A DNA stretch of 64,000 bases, taken from positions 1-64,000 of the forward strand of contig CBDUPA010000023.1 of assembly GCA_965368975.1 (NCBI GenBank). Direction: 5' to 3'. The translations under genes and the position numbers were made by a program. A model generated the notes under the pieces. It made no database searches, had not been told where the DNA came from, and saw only the letters and a program-made list of their open reading frames with translations. Shown piece after piece: positions 18,195 to 27,193 of this stretch. This DNA is from an uncultured bacterium (GTDB lineage Bacteria; Acidobacteriota; Thermoanaerobaculia; Multivoradales; JAHZIX01). The stretch's first letter is position 1; every line of letters begins with the position of its first letter.

Positions 18195-21110
18195 TCACTG
18201 GCAAGACGCGTTCTGCGGGCAGGCGTCCTGGTCGTCCGGGACGCCGTCGGCGTCAAAGTCGGACATGACGTAGAGCACCAGGCCATCGTGGTCCGAGGAG
18301 CGCAGCGGCGTGGTGTCGTCGTTGATCAGGTCGCGGGCGGCGTCGGCGTTGCCGCGGCCGTAGGCCATGCCGCGGGCGAAGGTGTTGAGCGCCGAGCTGG
18401 TCAGCGCGTGGTCGAGCACCTGGGCGGTGCCGCCGAAGATGAACGAGTAGCGGTCGGCGGCGGGCAGACCGAGCACCTGGTTGGTCAGGTTGGGGCTGAC
18501 CAGGTCGGGACCGGACAGCAAGTTGTCGCCGGGCACGAAGTCGCCCATGATCTGGCCCACGGCGTCGACGTAGCCGTCGGTGAACTGGTAGGCGTTGAAG
18601 TCCCCGGTGACGACCAGCCGGACATTGGGATCGGCGCTCTGTTCATTCTGCACCATGGTGGCGATCGACTGTGCCTGCTCGAGACGTTTGTTGCGCACGC
18701 GCGGGCCGCTGGTTGGGTCGTCGATCCCGCCCAGAGAGCGGTTGTGGACCACCAGCACCGAGATGTCGAAGGCGGCACCGTTGCCGGTGTAGCTGGCTTC
18801 CAGCAGCAGCGGCGGACGGTCGTGGAGCAGGGTGTTGTCGAAGGTGTGCAGCTCGGAGGCGCCGAGCTGGGTCACGGCGGTGACGCTGACCGTGTTGCGG
18901 ACCAGGAAGCCAACGTCGATGCCGCCGACGTCGTTTCCTTCTACCAGGTAGCCGTTGTAGATCGCGGCTGGATCATCGCTGGCGATCTCGGCCGCCAGGT
19001 CTTGCAGCACGCCGAGCTTCTCGACCTCCTGCACGGCCAGAATGTCCGGCGCGTCGAGAACGCCCAAGATGTACTGGCTAAACTTGCTCAGGCGGATGTT
19101 GTACTCGGCGGTCGTGACCACCGTCTCACCGCCGTCGGCGACGTCATCGAACAGACGGAAGAGGTTGAGCGAGCCGACGGTGAACTCACCCGCGTTGCGA
19201 GCCCCGACGGCCAGCGGCAGGGAGGTGGGAGTGGTGGTGAGGCTGGTGGCCCAGATCTCGTAGTCGCCGAACTCGTAGGCCAGCACACCTTCGGCGGTGA
19301 AGCTGGAGCCGGCCGGGATGGTCTGGTTGGCCAGGCCCAGCTTGTCGGGGTCGAGCTCGAATACCTCGGGGTTGCCGTCCCACACGGGCAGACCGGCGAG
19401 ACCGGGGTACTCGATGCCGGGCTCACGGTAGGCGCGTGTGCCGCCGGCGACGATGTGGACCTCGGCGACCGGATCGGTGGTGAAGCTCTGGTTCGGGCCC
19501 GAGACGGCGCCGCCGGTGACGCTCACCCGCATGCCCTCGTAGCGCTCGAATTCGGTGGCCGACAGCGGCGCGACGGGTGATGGTGTCGAGCCATCGAAGG
19601 TGACCGCGGTGGGCAGGGTCTGGCCCGTGGCGGTGACGGTGACGCTGGAGGCTGGGCTGATCTCGGTGAAGTCGAAGTACTCGACCACCGTGCCGCTGAC
19701 GTCCACCAGGTCGCCGACGCTCACCGTCGGGGCCGTGCCGGTGTAGACCAAGATGCCGTTGGAGGTCTCGGGGTCGGCGTCGGCCCGGTTGTCCGGCGTC
19801 TGGATGAAGAAGCCATCGACGCCGACCGCCGTGACCACGTTGGCCTCGGTGGTGACGCTCTGGCCGGCGTAGGTCGAGGCCAGGCCATTGCCCTGGATGT
19901 CGAAGATCTCGACGCTGCTGCCCGGTCCCGGACCGCTGCCGCAGTTGGCGGTATGGCTGCCCAGGTCGTCGAAGGTGTTACGGCTGAAGCCGTCCCACTC
20001 GACACTGGGGTCGAAGGCGTCGGTCTCGGTGGTGTCACCGGCGCAGACGGTGTCGAGACGGCGCAGGGTGTTGTCCTTGGTCGAGATCAGGCCGGAGCCC
20101 CACTCCTGGCCCGGATCGACGCCGACCTGCCCGAGGCTGTCGACGATCGGGCCGCCGGCGCCCTTGCGCAGGACCACCGCGTCGTCCCCGTTGAAGGTCA
20201 CGCCGCCGGACGTCTGGTCGGCAACGCTGGTGACGGCGCCGCTGGCGTTGGAGTTGGCCAGCACGTAGGTGGCGCCGTCGGCGACGGTGCCGGTGAGTGC
20301 GATGGTCTGACCGGCGGAGGTCGAACCGTTGAAGTAGATCTCGACCTGGTAGCCGTCGGCCGCGAGGTCGATGCTGGCGCCGGTGCCGTTGTAGAACTCG
20401 AGCGCCTTGTTGTTCGAGCTACCCTCGACGTACTCGGACAGCAGCAGGTCGCTCAGACCACCACCGCCGGGGCCACCGGTGCCGCCGCAGGAGGCGGTGT
20501 GACTGCCGAGGCCGCTGAAGTCGTCGGTGGCGAAGCCGTCCCACTCGGTGGTGGGGTCGAAGGAGTTGGTCTCGTTGCTGTCGCCAGCGCACACCGTGCT
20601 CTGGCGGCGCAAGGTGTTGTCCGCCGTCGAGACGGTGCCCGAGCCCCACTGCGAGCCGGGGTCGAAGCCGACTTCACCGAAGCTGTCGACGATCATGCCC
20701 GTGGCGCCGCCCTTGCGCAGCACGATAGCGTCGTCGCCGTTGAAGAAGGAGTTGCTGGGGGTCGAGTCGGCCACCGCCAGGACGGCCGGGTCGGCGCTGT
20801 CGTCGGCGATCACGTAGACGTCGCCCGCGGCGATGGTGCCGCTCAGGCTGAGCGTCGTGCCGGCGGACAGGTTGCCGTTGAAGTAGAACTGCAGCGTGTA
20901 GCCACCAGCGGCGAGGTCGATGCTGGCGCCGGTGCCGTTGTAGAGTTCGACCGCCTTGTTGAAGGAGCTGCCTTCGACCACCTCGGAGAGAATCAAGTCC
21001 GAGGTCTGGGCGCCGGCGGGTTGGACCACGCAGAGCAGAGCCAGCGCCGACAGCGCGATGGCCAACAGTGTCTTTGTAGCAGTGGACGCAGTTGTCCGTG
21101 GGATTCGCAT
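18195..21110 (-). CDS. ExeM/NucH-like extracellular nuclease (2 lamin-tail domains, OB-fold, EEP domain, TSP3-like tail)
   Basis: GAGGAGG RBS before ATG 21110; signal peptide; two LTD copies (SEyVEGSSxNKAxE); GFFIQ; AVQEVE, GDFNAY, VLDH, SSDHD; DADGVPDDQDACP tail. Confidence 0.9.
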   Translation of the reverse strand: MRIPRTTASTATKTLLAIALSALALLCVVQPAGAQTSDLILSEVVEGSSFNKAVELYNGTGASIDLAAGGYTLQFYFNGNLSAGTTLSLSGTIAAGDVYVIADDSADPAVLAVADSTPSNSFFNGDDAIVLRKGGATGMIVDSFGEVGFDPGSQWGSGTVSTADNTLRRQSTVCAGDSNETNSFDPTTEWDGFATDDFSGLGSHTASCGGTGGPGGGGLSDLLLSEYVEGSSNNKALEFYNGTGASIDLAADGYQVEIYFNGSTSAGQTIALTGTVADGATYVLANSNASGAVTSVADQTSGGVTFNGDDAVVLRKGAGGPIVDSLGQVGVDPGQEWGSGLISTKDNTLRRLDTVCAGDTTETDAFDPSVEWDGFSRNTFDDLGSHTANCGSGPGPGSSVEIFDIQGNGLASTYAGQSVTTEANVVTAVGVDGFFIQTPDNRADADPETSNGILVYTGTAPTVSVGDLVDVSGTVVEYFDFTEISPASSVTVTATGQTLPTAVTFDGSTPSPVAPLSATEFERYEGMRVSVTGGAVSGPNQSFTTDPVAEVHIVAGGTRAYREPGIEYPGLAGLPVWDGNPEVFELDPDKLGLANQTIPAGSSFTAEGVLAYEFGDYEIWATSLTTTPTSLPLAVGARNAGEFTVGSLNLFRLFDDVADGGETVVTTAEYNIRLSKFSQYILGVLDAPDILAVQEVEKLGVLQDLAAEIASDDPAAIYNGYLVEGNDVGGIDVGFLVRNTVSVTAVTQLGASELHTFDNTLLHDRPPLLLEASYTGNGAAFDISVLVVHNRSLGGIDDPTSGPRVRNKRLEQAQSIATMVQNEQSADPNVRLVVTGDFNAYQFTDGYVDAVGQIMGDFVPGDNLLSGPDLVSPNLTNQVLGLPAADRYSFIFGGTAQVLDHALTSSALNTFARGMAYGRGNADAARDLINDDTTPLRSSDHDGLVLYVMSDFDADGVPDDQDACPQNASCQ

Positions 21111-21377
21111 TCTCGTTTCCTCCTCGAAACGCAGTTGGGGTGGGCCCGGTACTAGTTGGTCCGGGTAGTTCTTCTCGGCGAAGAAATGGGATGAAGCAGG
21201 AGATGGGATGAGATACTGCGGCGGCTGCCGCGCGCAGAAAGTAGCAGGATGGAGCGCGGGGGGCAAGACGCGGGGGTCTTCCTGCCAAGCTGGGTGACCG
21301 GCTGTCACCCTGGCGCCACCTCTGTCACACCATCGGATCCAATGCCGGATGTAAACCTCACTCTCTCGGAGACTCGG

Positions 21378-22358
21378 ATGTCCCAGATCGATGTAGCTCT
21401 GTTGACGGAAGACCGCTATGAGCGGCTGGACTTCGGCGACTCTGCAGCGGGCAGTGCACCTGCCAGAGAAGCCAACGGCGGCATGCCCGAGTGGTATGTG
21501 CGCCAGATTCTCGACGAGGACGCGCTGCTGCGCGCGGCCCTGGAGCGGCGTGGCCTGAGCGTCGAGCGGCTGTCCTGGAGCCGGGACGTCGACTGGAGTC
21601 GTTTCCGCTGTGCCGTCTTCCGGACCACCTGGGACTACTCCTGGCGTCGCGCCGAGTTCGATGCCTGGCTGCAGCGCGCGTCGCAGGCCACGCGATTGCT
21701 CAATCCGCCCGAAGTCGTACTTTGGAACCTCGACAAGCGGTATCTGTCCGAGCTGCCGAAGCGCGGCGTCAACGTGGTGCCGCAGCACGTGGTGGAAACC
21801 GGAGAGCACGTCGCTCTGCTCGACATCCTCGTGGCGCGCGACTGGCAAGAGGCGGTCGTCAAGCCCGTTGTCTCGGCGGCTGGTCGCGACACCTTCCGTG
21901 TCGATCAGGTCACCGCGGGAGAGCTGGAGGAGCGCTTCCAGGAGTGCCTGGAGCGCGAAGCGATGATGGTGCAGCCCTTCCAGGCGTCGATCCTGCGGGA
22001 TGGCGAGCTGTCCTTGATGGTGATCGACGGGGTGACCACACATGCGGTCCGCAAGTTGGCCAAAGAGGGTGAGTTCCGCGTTCAGGACGATCACGGAGGG
22101 ACCGTCCACGAGCACGCGCCGAGCGCCGAAGAGGCCGCCTTCGCCGAGGCGGCGGCCCATGCCGCGGTACCGGCTGCGGTGCCGGAGACTGGCGGCGGAG
22201 ATCTGCTCTACGCCCGCGTCGACGTGGTGCGCGACGCGGGTGGAGCTTTGAGCGTCATGGAGCTGGAGCTGGTCGAGCCCGAACTCTTCCTACGCTTCCA
22301 CCCACCGGCCGCCGAGGAGCTGGCGGCGGGGATTGCAAAGCGGTTGCAGAGGGGCTAG
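21378..22358 (+). CDS. ATP-grasp ligase (RimK/GshB-like, DcsG-like subfamily)
   Basis: RTTWDY, WNLDKRYL, VVKP, FRVQDDHGG, YARVD, MELELVEPELF. Confidence 0.82.
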   Translation: MSQIDVALLTEDRYERLDFGDSAAGSAPAREANGGMPEWYVRQILDEDALLRAALERRGLSVERLSWSRDVDWSRFRCAVFRTTWDYSWRRAEFDAWLQRASQATRLLNPPEVVLWNLDKRYLSELPKRGVNVVPQHVVETGEHVALLDILVARDWQEAVVKPVVSAAGRDTFRVDQVTAGELEERFQECLEREAMMVQPFQASILRDGELSLMVIDGVTTHAVRKLAKEGEFRVQDDHGGTVHEHAPSAEEAAFAEAAAHAAVPAAVPETGGGDLLYARVDVVRDAGGALSVMELELVEPELFLRFHPPAAEELAAGIAKRLQRG

Positions 22359-22368
22359 AGACGTCGAT

Positions 22369-22400
22369 TGCTCTCCTCTCTTGCGCCAGAGAGGAGAGCA
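22369..22400. terminator. Perfect 13-bp stem-loop between convergent genes
   Basis: tgctctcctctct-tgcgcc-agagaggagagca. Confidence 0.7.
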
Positions 22401-22418
22401 GGGCTGTAGACCTTGGGG

Positions 22419-22610
22419 CTACTGGCAGGCGACCGTGTTGCACAGAATGCAGTTGGAGCAATCCGACTGGTCGGCGCAGCAGCCGGCCGCGCAGTAGGTC
22501 CAGACGCCCCAGTACGAGTTGGTCGTACCGCCGGCAGCCTGTTCGAGCTGCTGTTCTTCGGTTAGCGTCTCGCGCTTCAGGGTGAGCTTCTTCCGGGTAC
22601 GCTTCTTCAT
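22419..22610 (-). CDS. RiPP (lanthipeptide-like) precursor peptide with double-glycine leader
   Basis: AGAGGAG RBS; leader KKLTLKRETL...LEQAAGG; 35-aa core with 7 Cys and 7 Ser/Thr. Confidence 0.8.
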   Translation of the reverse strand: MKKRTRKKLTLKRETLTEEQQLEQAAGGTTNSYWGVWTYCAAGCCADQSDCSNCILCNTVACQ

Positions 22611-22665
22611 TGCGAATCTCCTCTACTTGAATTGTCGGGAACATCTGCGAGAGTGCGATACAGAA

Positions 22666-22694
22666 TTTCTATAGCAGGCTACTCTCTGTGTCAA
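22666..22694 (-). promoter_or_regulatory. Sigma70-like promoter of the RiPP precursor
   Basis: TTGACA-N17-TAGAAA on the minus strand. Confidence 0.55.
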
Positions 22695-22806
22695 TGAGGT
22701 GTTTTGTTCAGGCTTTGCGTGAGCCATGGTGAGGTGCGGGAATCCAGAGCTGTGATGGGTTGTTCTCACTGGCGACACACTCTGTCCAGAAATTAGGAGG
22801 TGCTTC

Positions 22807-25800
22807 GTGCGCCAGGTGGCTGTTCTGCTCCGTTTCATCGTTCCGCTGCTCCTTCTCGTGCCGGCAGTCGAGCCGGTGCAAGCCTGCAACGCCCGCCAAG
22901 CGGATTCGATCCACGCCCACTCGCACCTCGCACCCGCCAAGCGTGCGTTCACCGTTGGCAAGTCCGAATTCGGACTCACCGAGTGTCGCGGCGGCCAGGC
23001 GGGAATCTACCCATGCCGAGGTGTTGACCTGCTGGCCTTTGTGCCGTTGGGGGAGATGGGGGGGACGACGCAGACCACGGCCAACGACGTCTGGGGCTGG
23101 ACGGATCCGGTGACGGAGAAGGAATACGCGATCGTCGCGCACTCGGACGGCGTCGCCTTCTTGGACATCAGCGACCCGCAGCGTCCGAGGTACCTCGGCA
23201 AGCTGCCGACAAATACCATCGCGACCGGCTGGCGCGACACCAAGGTCTACCGCGATCACGCGTTCGTGGTCGCCGATGCGGCGCAGCAGCACGGGGTGCA
23301 AGTCTTCGACCTGAAGCGCCTGCGCGGCCAGACGAGCGCCAAGACTTGGAATGCCGACACCGTCTACGGTCGTCTCGGTTCGTCGCACAACATCGCGATC
23401 AACGAGACCACCGGCTTCGCCTATGCCGTGGGTTCGGACACCTGCGAGGGTGGCCTGCACATGATTGATATCCGGGCGCCCAAGAATCCGACGTTCGCTG
23501 GTTGTTTCGACGCCGACGGCTACACCCATGATGTCCAGTGCGTGATCTACCGCGGCGCCGACGCGGACTATTTCAACCGAGAAGTCTGCTTCGCCAGCAA
23601 CGAGGACACGTTGACCGTCGTCGACGTGCAGAACAAGAGCGCGCCGCGCATGGTGTCGCGCATCGGCTATGGTGGTTCCGGCTACACGCACCAGGCCTGG
23701 TTGACCGAGAACCACCGCTTCCTGCTGATGGACGACGAGGCCGACGAGCGCCAGCAGGGCCACCGCACCCGCACCTACGTGTGGGACGTGCGTGACCTCG
23801 ACGCACCGAAGCTGATTGGCCGCTATAACGCCTCCACTGGTTCGATCGACCACAACCTCTACATTCGCGGCGACCACGCCTTCCAGGCCAACTACCTGGC
23901 GGGCCTGCGCATTCTCGACCTCGATCGCGTCGGCCAGGGGAAGCTGACCGAGATCGCCTACTTCGATGTCGCTCCCGGCCGCGACAGTACCGGCTTCAGC
24001 GGCAGCTGGAGCGTCTACCCCTTCTTCGAGAGTGGCGTGGTGCTGCTCACCGACATCAGCCAGGGCGTGTTCCTGCTGCGTCCGGACGTGTTACCGGCGC
24101 CGGTCGAGGTTGCCACAGTCAGCGCGCAGCCGGCGCAGGCCAACGGTAGTCCGAACCCCGGCGGTGCATTGCTCGCTGGCCGGCCGATTCGCTTCGAAGT
24201 GCCGTTTACCGGGCCGGGCATCGAGGCGAGCTGGACCTTCGGCGACGACGGCATGGCCTTGCCCGCCGGGCCGTGCGACGCTCAGGAATTCTGCGCTACG
24301 CACATCTTCCCGGAGGCCGGCAGTTACTCGGTGCGCGTCGCGGTGCGCGGCGACAAGGGACAGCTGGCCGAAGCGACGAAGCAGGTGCAGGTGATCGACG
24401 GCGAGCTGAGCCAGCTTTCGGAAGCCGCCTTCCTGCAGAGCGTCATCCTCGGCCCGCGCGGCAATACCGGCACCTTCCGCAGCAACGTCTGGGTCCACAA
24501 CGCCGGCAAGCTGGCCGCTTCCGTCGACTTCATCTTCCTGCCGCGCGGTATCGGCTCCGCCGAGGCGGTGCTCAAGCGTCTGACCATCCTGCCCGACGCC
24601 ACCCTCTTCGTGCCCGACGTGCTGAACTCGGTCTTCGGCATCGACAACGGCCAGGGCTCGATCTTGCTCAACTACCGCGCCGAGCTGATCGGCGGCGATG
24701 CCGAATCGGGGCCGCACCTGGCCGCGATCAGTCGCTCGTTCGTCGAGGCGGCGGAGGTCGAAGGCAGCTTCGGCCAACTGGTGGCCGAGGATCGGGTCTT
24801 CTCCTTCAACGCCGAGTCCAAGACTACCGCCGGCATCCTTGAGGGCGACGGTTTCATCACCACCCTGCTAGCCGCCAACCTCGACGGCTCCCAGGGACTC
24901 GTGACCGTCGAGCTGTTTGACGCTGCTGGTGTCCAGGTGGGCAGTGAACAGAATCTGCCCCTCGGGCCGGGTGTCAGCCGCATCCGCCGGCTTTTGCAGC
25001 TGTTCCCCGAGGTAGTCGACCACCAAGGTCCTTTCACCGCGCGCTTCCGCTCCAACGGCATCGCCTTCGCTGCCTCCGCGACTCTGCTCGAAGCCGAGAG
25101 CGAGGACCAGGTCTTCGTGCCCGCCAGCGAGCCGACTTCCGACTCCGTCCTCTACCTGCCGCGCGTGGTGCGAGCCACGGGCCAGTTCGATGTCCAGCTC
25201 TCCAGCTGGTTGGTGGTGGTCAACGAGAGCACGGACGCCACCCAGCTGATCGGCGAGCTGCTGCTACGCGGTGCCAACAACAGCGATCCCCAGCGCGCCA
25301 CCCGTACGCTGGCGGCGGGCGAGACGCTGGTGTTGCAGGACGTCATTCAAGACCTCTTCGGCCTCGATGTCGCTACCGGTGCCTTGCGCGTCAACTGGAG
25401 CAATGCCGACGGCGTCGCCCCACGGTTGCTCAGCTACGGCTTTGCCCGCACGCCGACTCCGGAGGGTGCTGCGGACGGAGAAGCAGGCGCCCGCTTCGGC
25501 ATGCGCATCGGCACCCTCACCGCGGCAGACGCCATCGCTACCGAGGGCGTCCAGTTCGCTGCTGAGCAGAGCGATCTCTTCCGCTCCAGCTACGGCGCCG
25601 TCAACCTGCACGACCGCGGCACCGTCCTGAGTCTGGAACTGGTCGACGGCGCCGGTGCTGTGCTGCGACAGGCCGAGGTCAATCTCAGGCCCTTCCAACA
25701 CCTGGAGCGCAACTTCGCGGGCATCTTCGACAGTTTGGGCAATGGCAGCAACTGGACGGTGCGCACGACGGTCATCTCCGGCGGTCCAGTGCTCACCTAC

Positions 25801-25869
25801 CTGGCCAACATCAATGCCAGCGGTGACGTGTTCTTCGTGCCGGGGGCGCCACAGCCGGGGGCGCCCTAG
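22807..25869 (+). CDS. Choice-of-anchor B family (LVIVD beta-propeller) surface protein with PKD-like and C-terminal beta domains
   Basis: AGGAGG RBS; signal peptide; ANDVWGWTDP, WRDTKVY, SHNIAIN, YTHDVQC, YTHQAWL, IDHNLY, GSWSVYPFF; WTFGD...HIFPEAGSY PKD. Confidence 0.85.
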   Translation: MRQVAVLLRFIVPLLLLVPAVEPVQACNARQADSIHAHSHLAPAKRAFTVGKSEFGLTECRGGQAGIYPCRGVDLLAFVPLGEMGGTTQTTANDVWGWTDPVTEKEYAIVAHSDGVAFLDISDPQRPRYLGKLPTNTIATGWRDTKVYRDHAFVVADAAQQHGVQVFDLKRLRGQTSAKTWNADTVYGRLGSSHNIAINETTGFAYAVGSDTCEGGLHMIDIRAPKNPTFAGCFDADGYTHDVQCVIYRGADADYFNREVCFASNEDTLTVVDVQNKSAPRMVSRIGYGGSGYTHQAWLTENHRFLLMDDEADERQQGHRTRTYVWDVRDLDAPKLIGRYNASTGSIDHNLYIRGDHAFQANYLAGLRILDLDRVGQGKLTEIAYFDVAPGRDSTGFSGSWSVYPFFESGVVLLTDISQGVFLLRPDVLPAPVEVATVSAQPAQANGSPNPGGALLAGRPIRFEVPFTGPGIEASWTFGDDGMALPAGPCDAQEFCATHIFPEAGSYSVRVAVRGDKGQLAEATKQVQVIDGELSQLSEAAFLQSVILGPRGNTGTFRSNVWVHNAGKLAASVDFIFLPRGIGSAEAVLKRLTILPDATLFVPDVLNSVFGIDNGQGSILLNYRAELIGGDAESGPHLAAISRSFVEAAEVEGSFGQLVAEDRVFSFNAESKTTAGILEGDGFITTLLAANLDGSQGLVTVELFDAAGVQVGSEQNLPLGPGVSRIRRLLQLFPEVVDHQGPFTARFRSNGIAFAASATLLEAESEDQVFVPASEPTSDSVLYLPRVVRATGQFDVQLSSWLVVVNESTDATQLIGELLLRGANNSDPQRATRTLAAGETLVLQDVIQDLFGLDVATGALRVNWSNADGVAPRLLSYGFARTPTPEGAADGEAGARFGMRIGTLTAADAIATEGVQFAAEQSDLFRSSYGAVNLHDRGTVLSLELVDGAGAVLRQAEVNLRPFQHLERNFAGIFDSLGNGSNWTVRTTVISGGPVLTYLANINASGDVFFVPGAPQPGAP

Positions 25870-25899
25870 CCGGGGGCGCCACAGTCGGGGGCGCCATAG
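25840..25899. repeat. 15-bp tandem repeat x4 spanning the stop codon
   Basis: ccgggggcgccacag/ccgggggcgccctag/ccgggggcgccacag/tcgggggcgccatag. Confidence 0.9.
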
Positions 25900-25933
25900 C
25901 CCGCCTCGCTGGCAATGCCGATGCCGAGATGTT

Positions 25934-27040
25934 CTACCGGCCGGGGAGCCGTGCTGACCGTCGCCAGACGGTTGCTTCGCGCCGGAGCTGCAACTGAAGC
26001 TGTGTCGAGTCACGATCGACTGTGGAGAACTGGACGTTGCCCATCGCGCTGCCAGCTCCGCGGCCGTCTTGGAACAGGAAGCGCTCTCGCGTCACCGCGA
26101 TCAAGCGCTCTCGGGGCTTTGCCGGCAGCTGAATCCACAGCTCGCCCTGGTGCCTGGAGATCGTGAGGGAGGTTCCGTCCAGTTCGTAGGTTCCTGCCAG
26201 GCGCCGCAACTGCTGCTCCGAGAGCTCGGGTGCTGCGGGTGGTCGGAAGGCACTGTCCGGGATCTCGACGTTGATTTCCAGGGACTCGACGACGTTGATG
26301 TGACGCTCATCGGGCGGAAAGAGGGATTCCGTACGGTGCGGCAGGATCGGCAAGTTCTCCGTCTGGTTGCCGACCCGGCGGTACTCGAACAGGCGATAGC
26401 GGCTGAGCGCCGTGCCTTGAGAGGTTTCGAGGGTGCGGGTGACTTCGCGCGGCAGGCCGGTGTCGGCAGTGAAGTAGACATCGGCCTGGCGTGGCGCGTC
26501 GAGCTGCGGGTCCGGTGTCAGGTAGCGCAGGTGATCGACGACTTCGCCGTCGAGTTCTTCGCGCCCGACGTACGAGACCTGCACACCGCGTTCGCACAGG
26601 GTGAAGTAGAAGGGGTGCGCTTCTTCGTCACGCTTGAAGCCCTCGGCCGGGGGGAGGGCATAGGGAGCGAGAGCGCCATCGTTCTGCGTCCAGGAGGTCG
26701 TGCCGTCGGTGGCGAAGATGAGCTTCTCGGTAAACGGCGGCAGGTTGGCCGGAGTTTCGAGATAGCTCTGGTTCGGGCTCTTCTGTAGGCGCAGGTATGA
26801 CGCTTCGCGGAAGACCTCGCCACGCAAGAGGATGGTCTGGGTGCCGGTTTCCCGACGGCTGTGCTCGGAACGTAGGGCGGCCTCACCGCCTTGCGCCTGA
26901 ACGGCACGCTGAATCACTTGCAGTGCGTGTGCTTCGATGCCGTCGCACGCGGGTTCCCGGATCGGAGCGCGATCTACGGCGGAGGACGGTTGTGAGGAAA
27001 GCAGGAAAAGCAGGACGATGACGACAGGGCGAACAGGCAT
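25934..27040 (-). CDS. Secreted hypothetical protein (LolA-like/zinc-protease-associated domain plus DUF3471-like C-terminus)
   Basis: Signal peptide; VIQRAVQAQGGEAAL, YFTADTGLP, YRRVG..LPH, INVEIPDSAF; LSEQQLRRLAGTY. Confidence 0.6.
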   Translation of the reverse strand: MPVRPVVIVLLFLLSSQPSSAVDRAPIREPACDGIEAHALQVIQRAVQAQGGEAALRSEHSRRETGTQTILLRGEVFREASYLRLQKSPNQSYLETPANLPPFTEKLIFATDGTTSWTQNDGALAPYALPPAEGFKRDEEAHPFYFTLCERGVQVSYVGREELDGEVVDHLRYLTPDPQLDAPRQADVYFTADTGLPREVTRTLETSQGTALSRYRLFEYRRVGNQTENLPILPHRTESLFPPDERHINVVESLEINVEIPDSAFRPPAAPELSEQQLRRLAGTYELDGTSLTISRHQGELWIQLPAKPRERLIAVTRERFLFQDGRGAGSAMGNVQFSTVDRDSTQLQLQLRREATVWRRSARLPGR

Positions 27041-27140
27041 GGATGGGCTCCCTTCGTGGTTGTGGCATGGGGCGATCCGCGGCGAAGGCCGTGGGTTCAG
27101 GAGCCAGTACGCGGCGTCGTACGTTCGGTTGGCGGTGGCG

Positions 27141-27171
27141 GGATAAGTGGGACTGAGGGTGGGGCGAGCGG
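27141..27171 (-). promoter_or_regulatory. Putative LytTR-binding direct repeat
   Basis: Minus-strand ccgctcgccc and ccacttatcc at 21-bp period, between the LytTR gene and the secreted-protein gene. Confidence 0.45.
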
Positions 27172-27193
27172 TGGTGCGACAGTTTCCGGATCG

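Noticed and set aside
19920-21000. Long internal direct repeat as a mobile element
   Set aside because: It is explained by two tandem lamin-tail domains in the nuclease.
21111-22160. N-terminal 350-aa extension of the nuclease ORF (18195..22160)
   Set aside because: It is an antisense shadow of the ATP-grasp gene; the true start at 21110 has an RBS and a signal peptide.
21378-22610. ATP-grasp as a graspetide synthetase for the adjacent precursor
   Set aside because: The genes are convergent, the enzyme is of the widespread DcsG/RimK-like type, and the precursor is Cys-rich with a lanthipeptide-type leader rather than a graspetide core. Not fully excluded.
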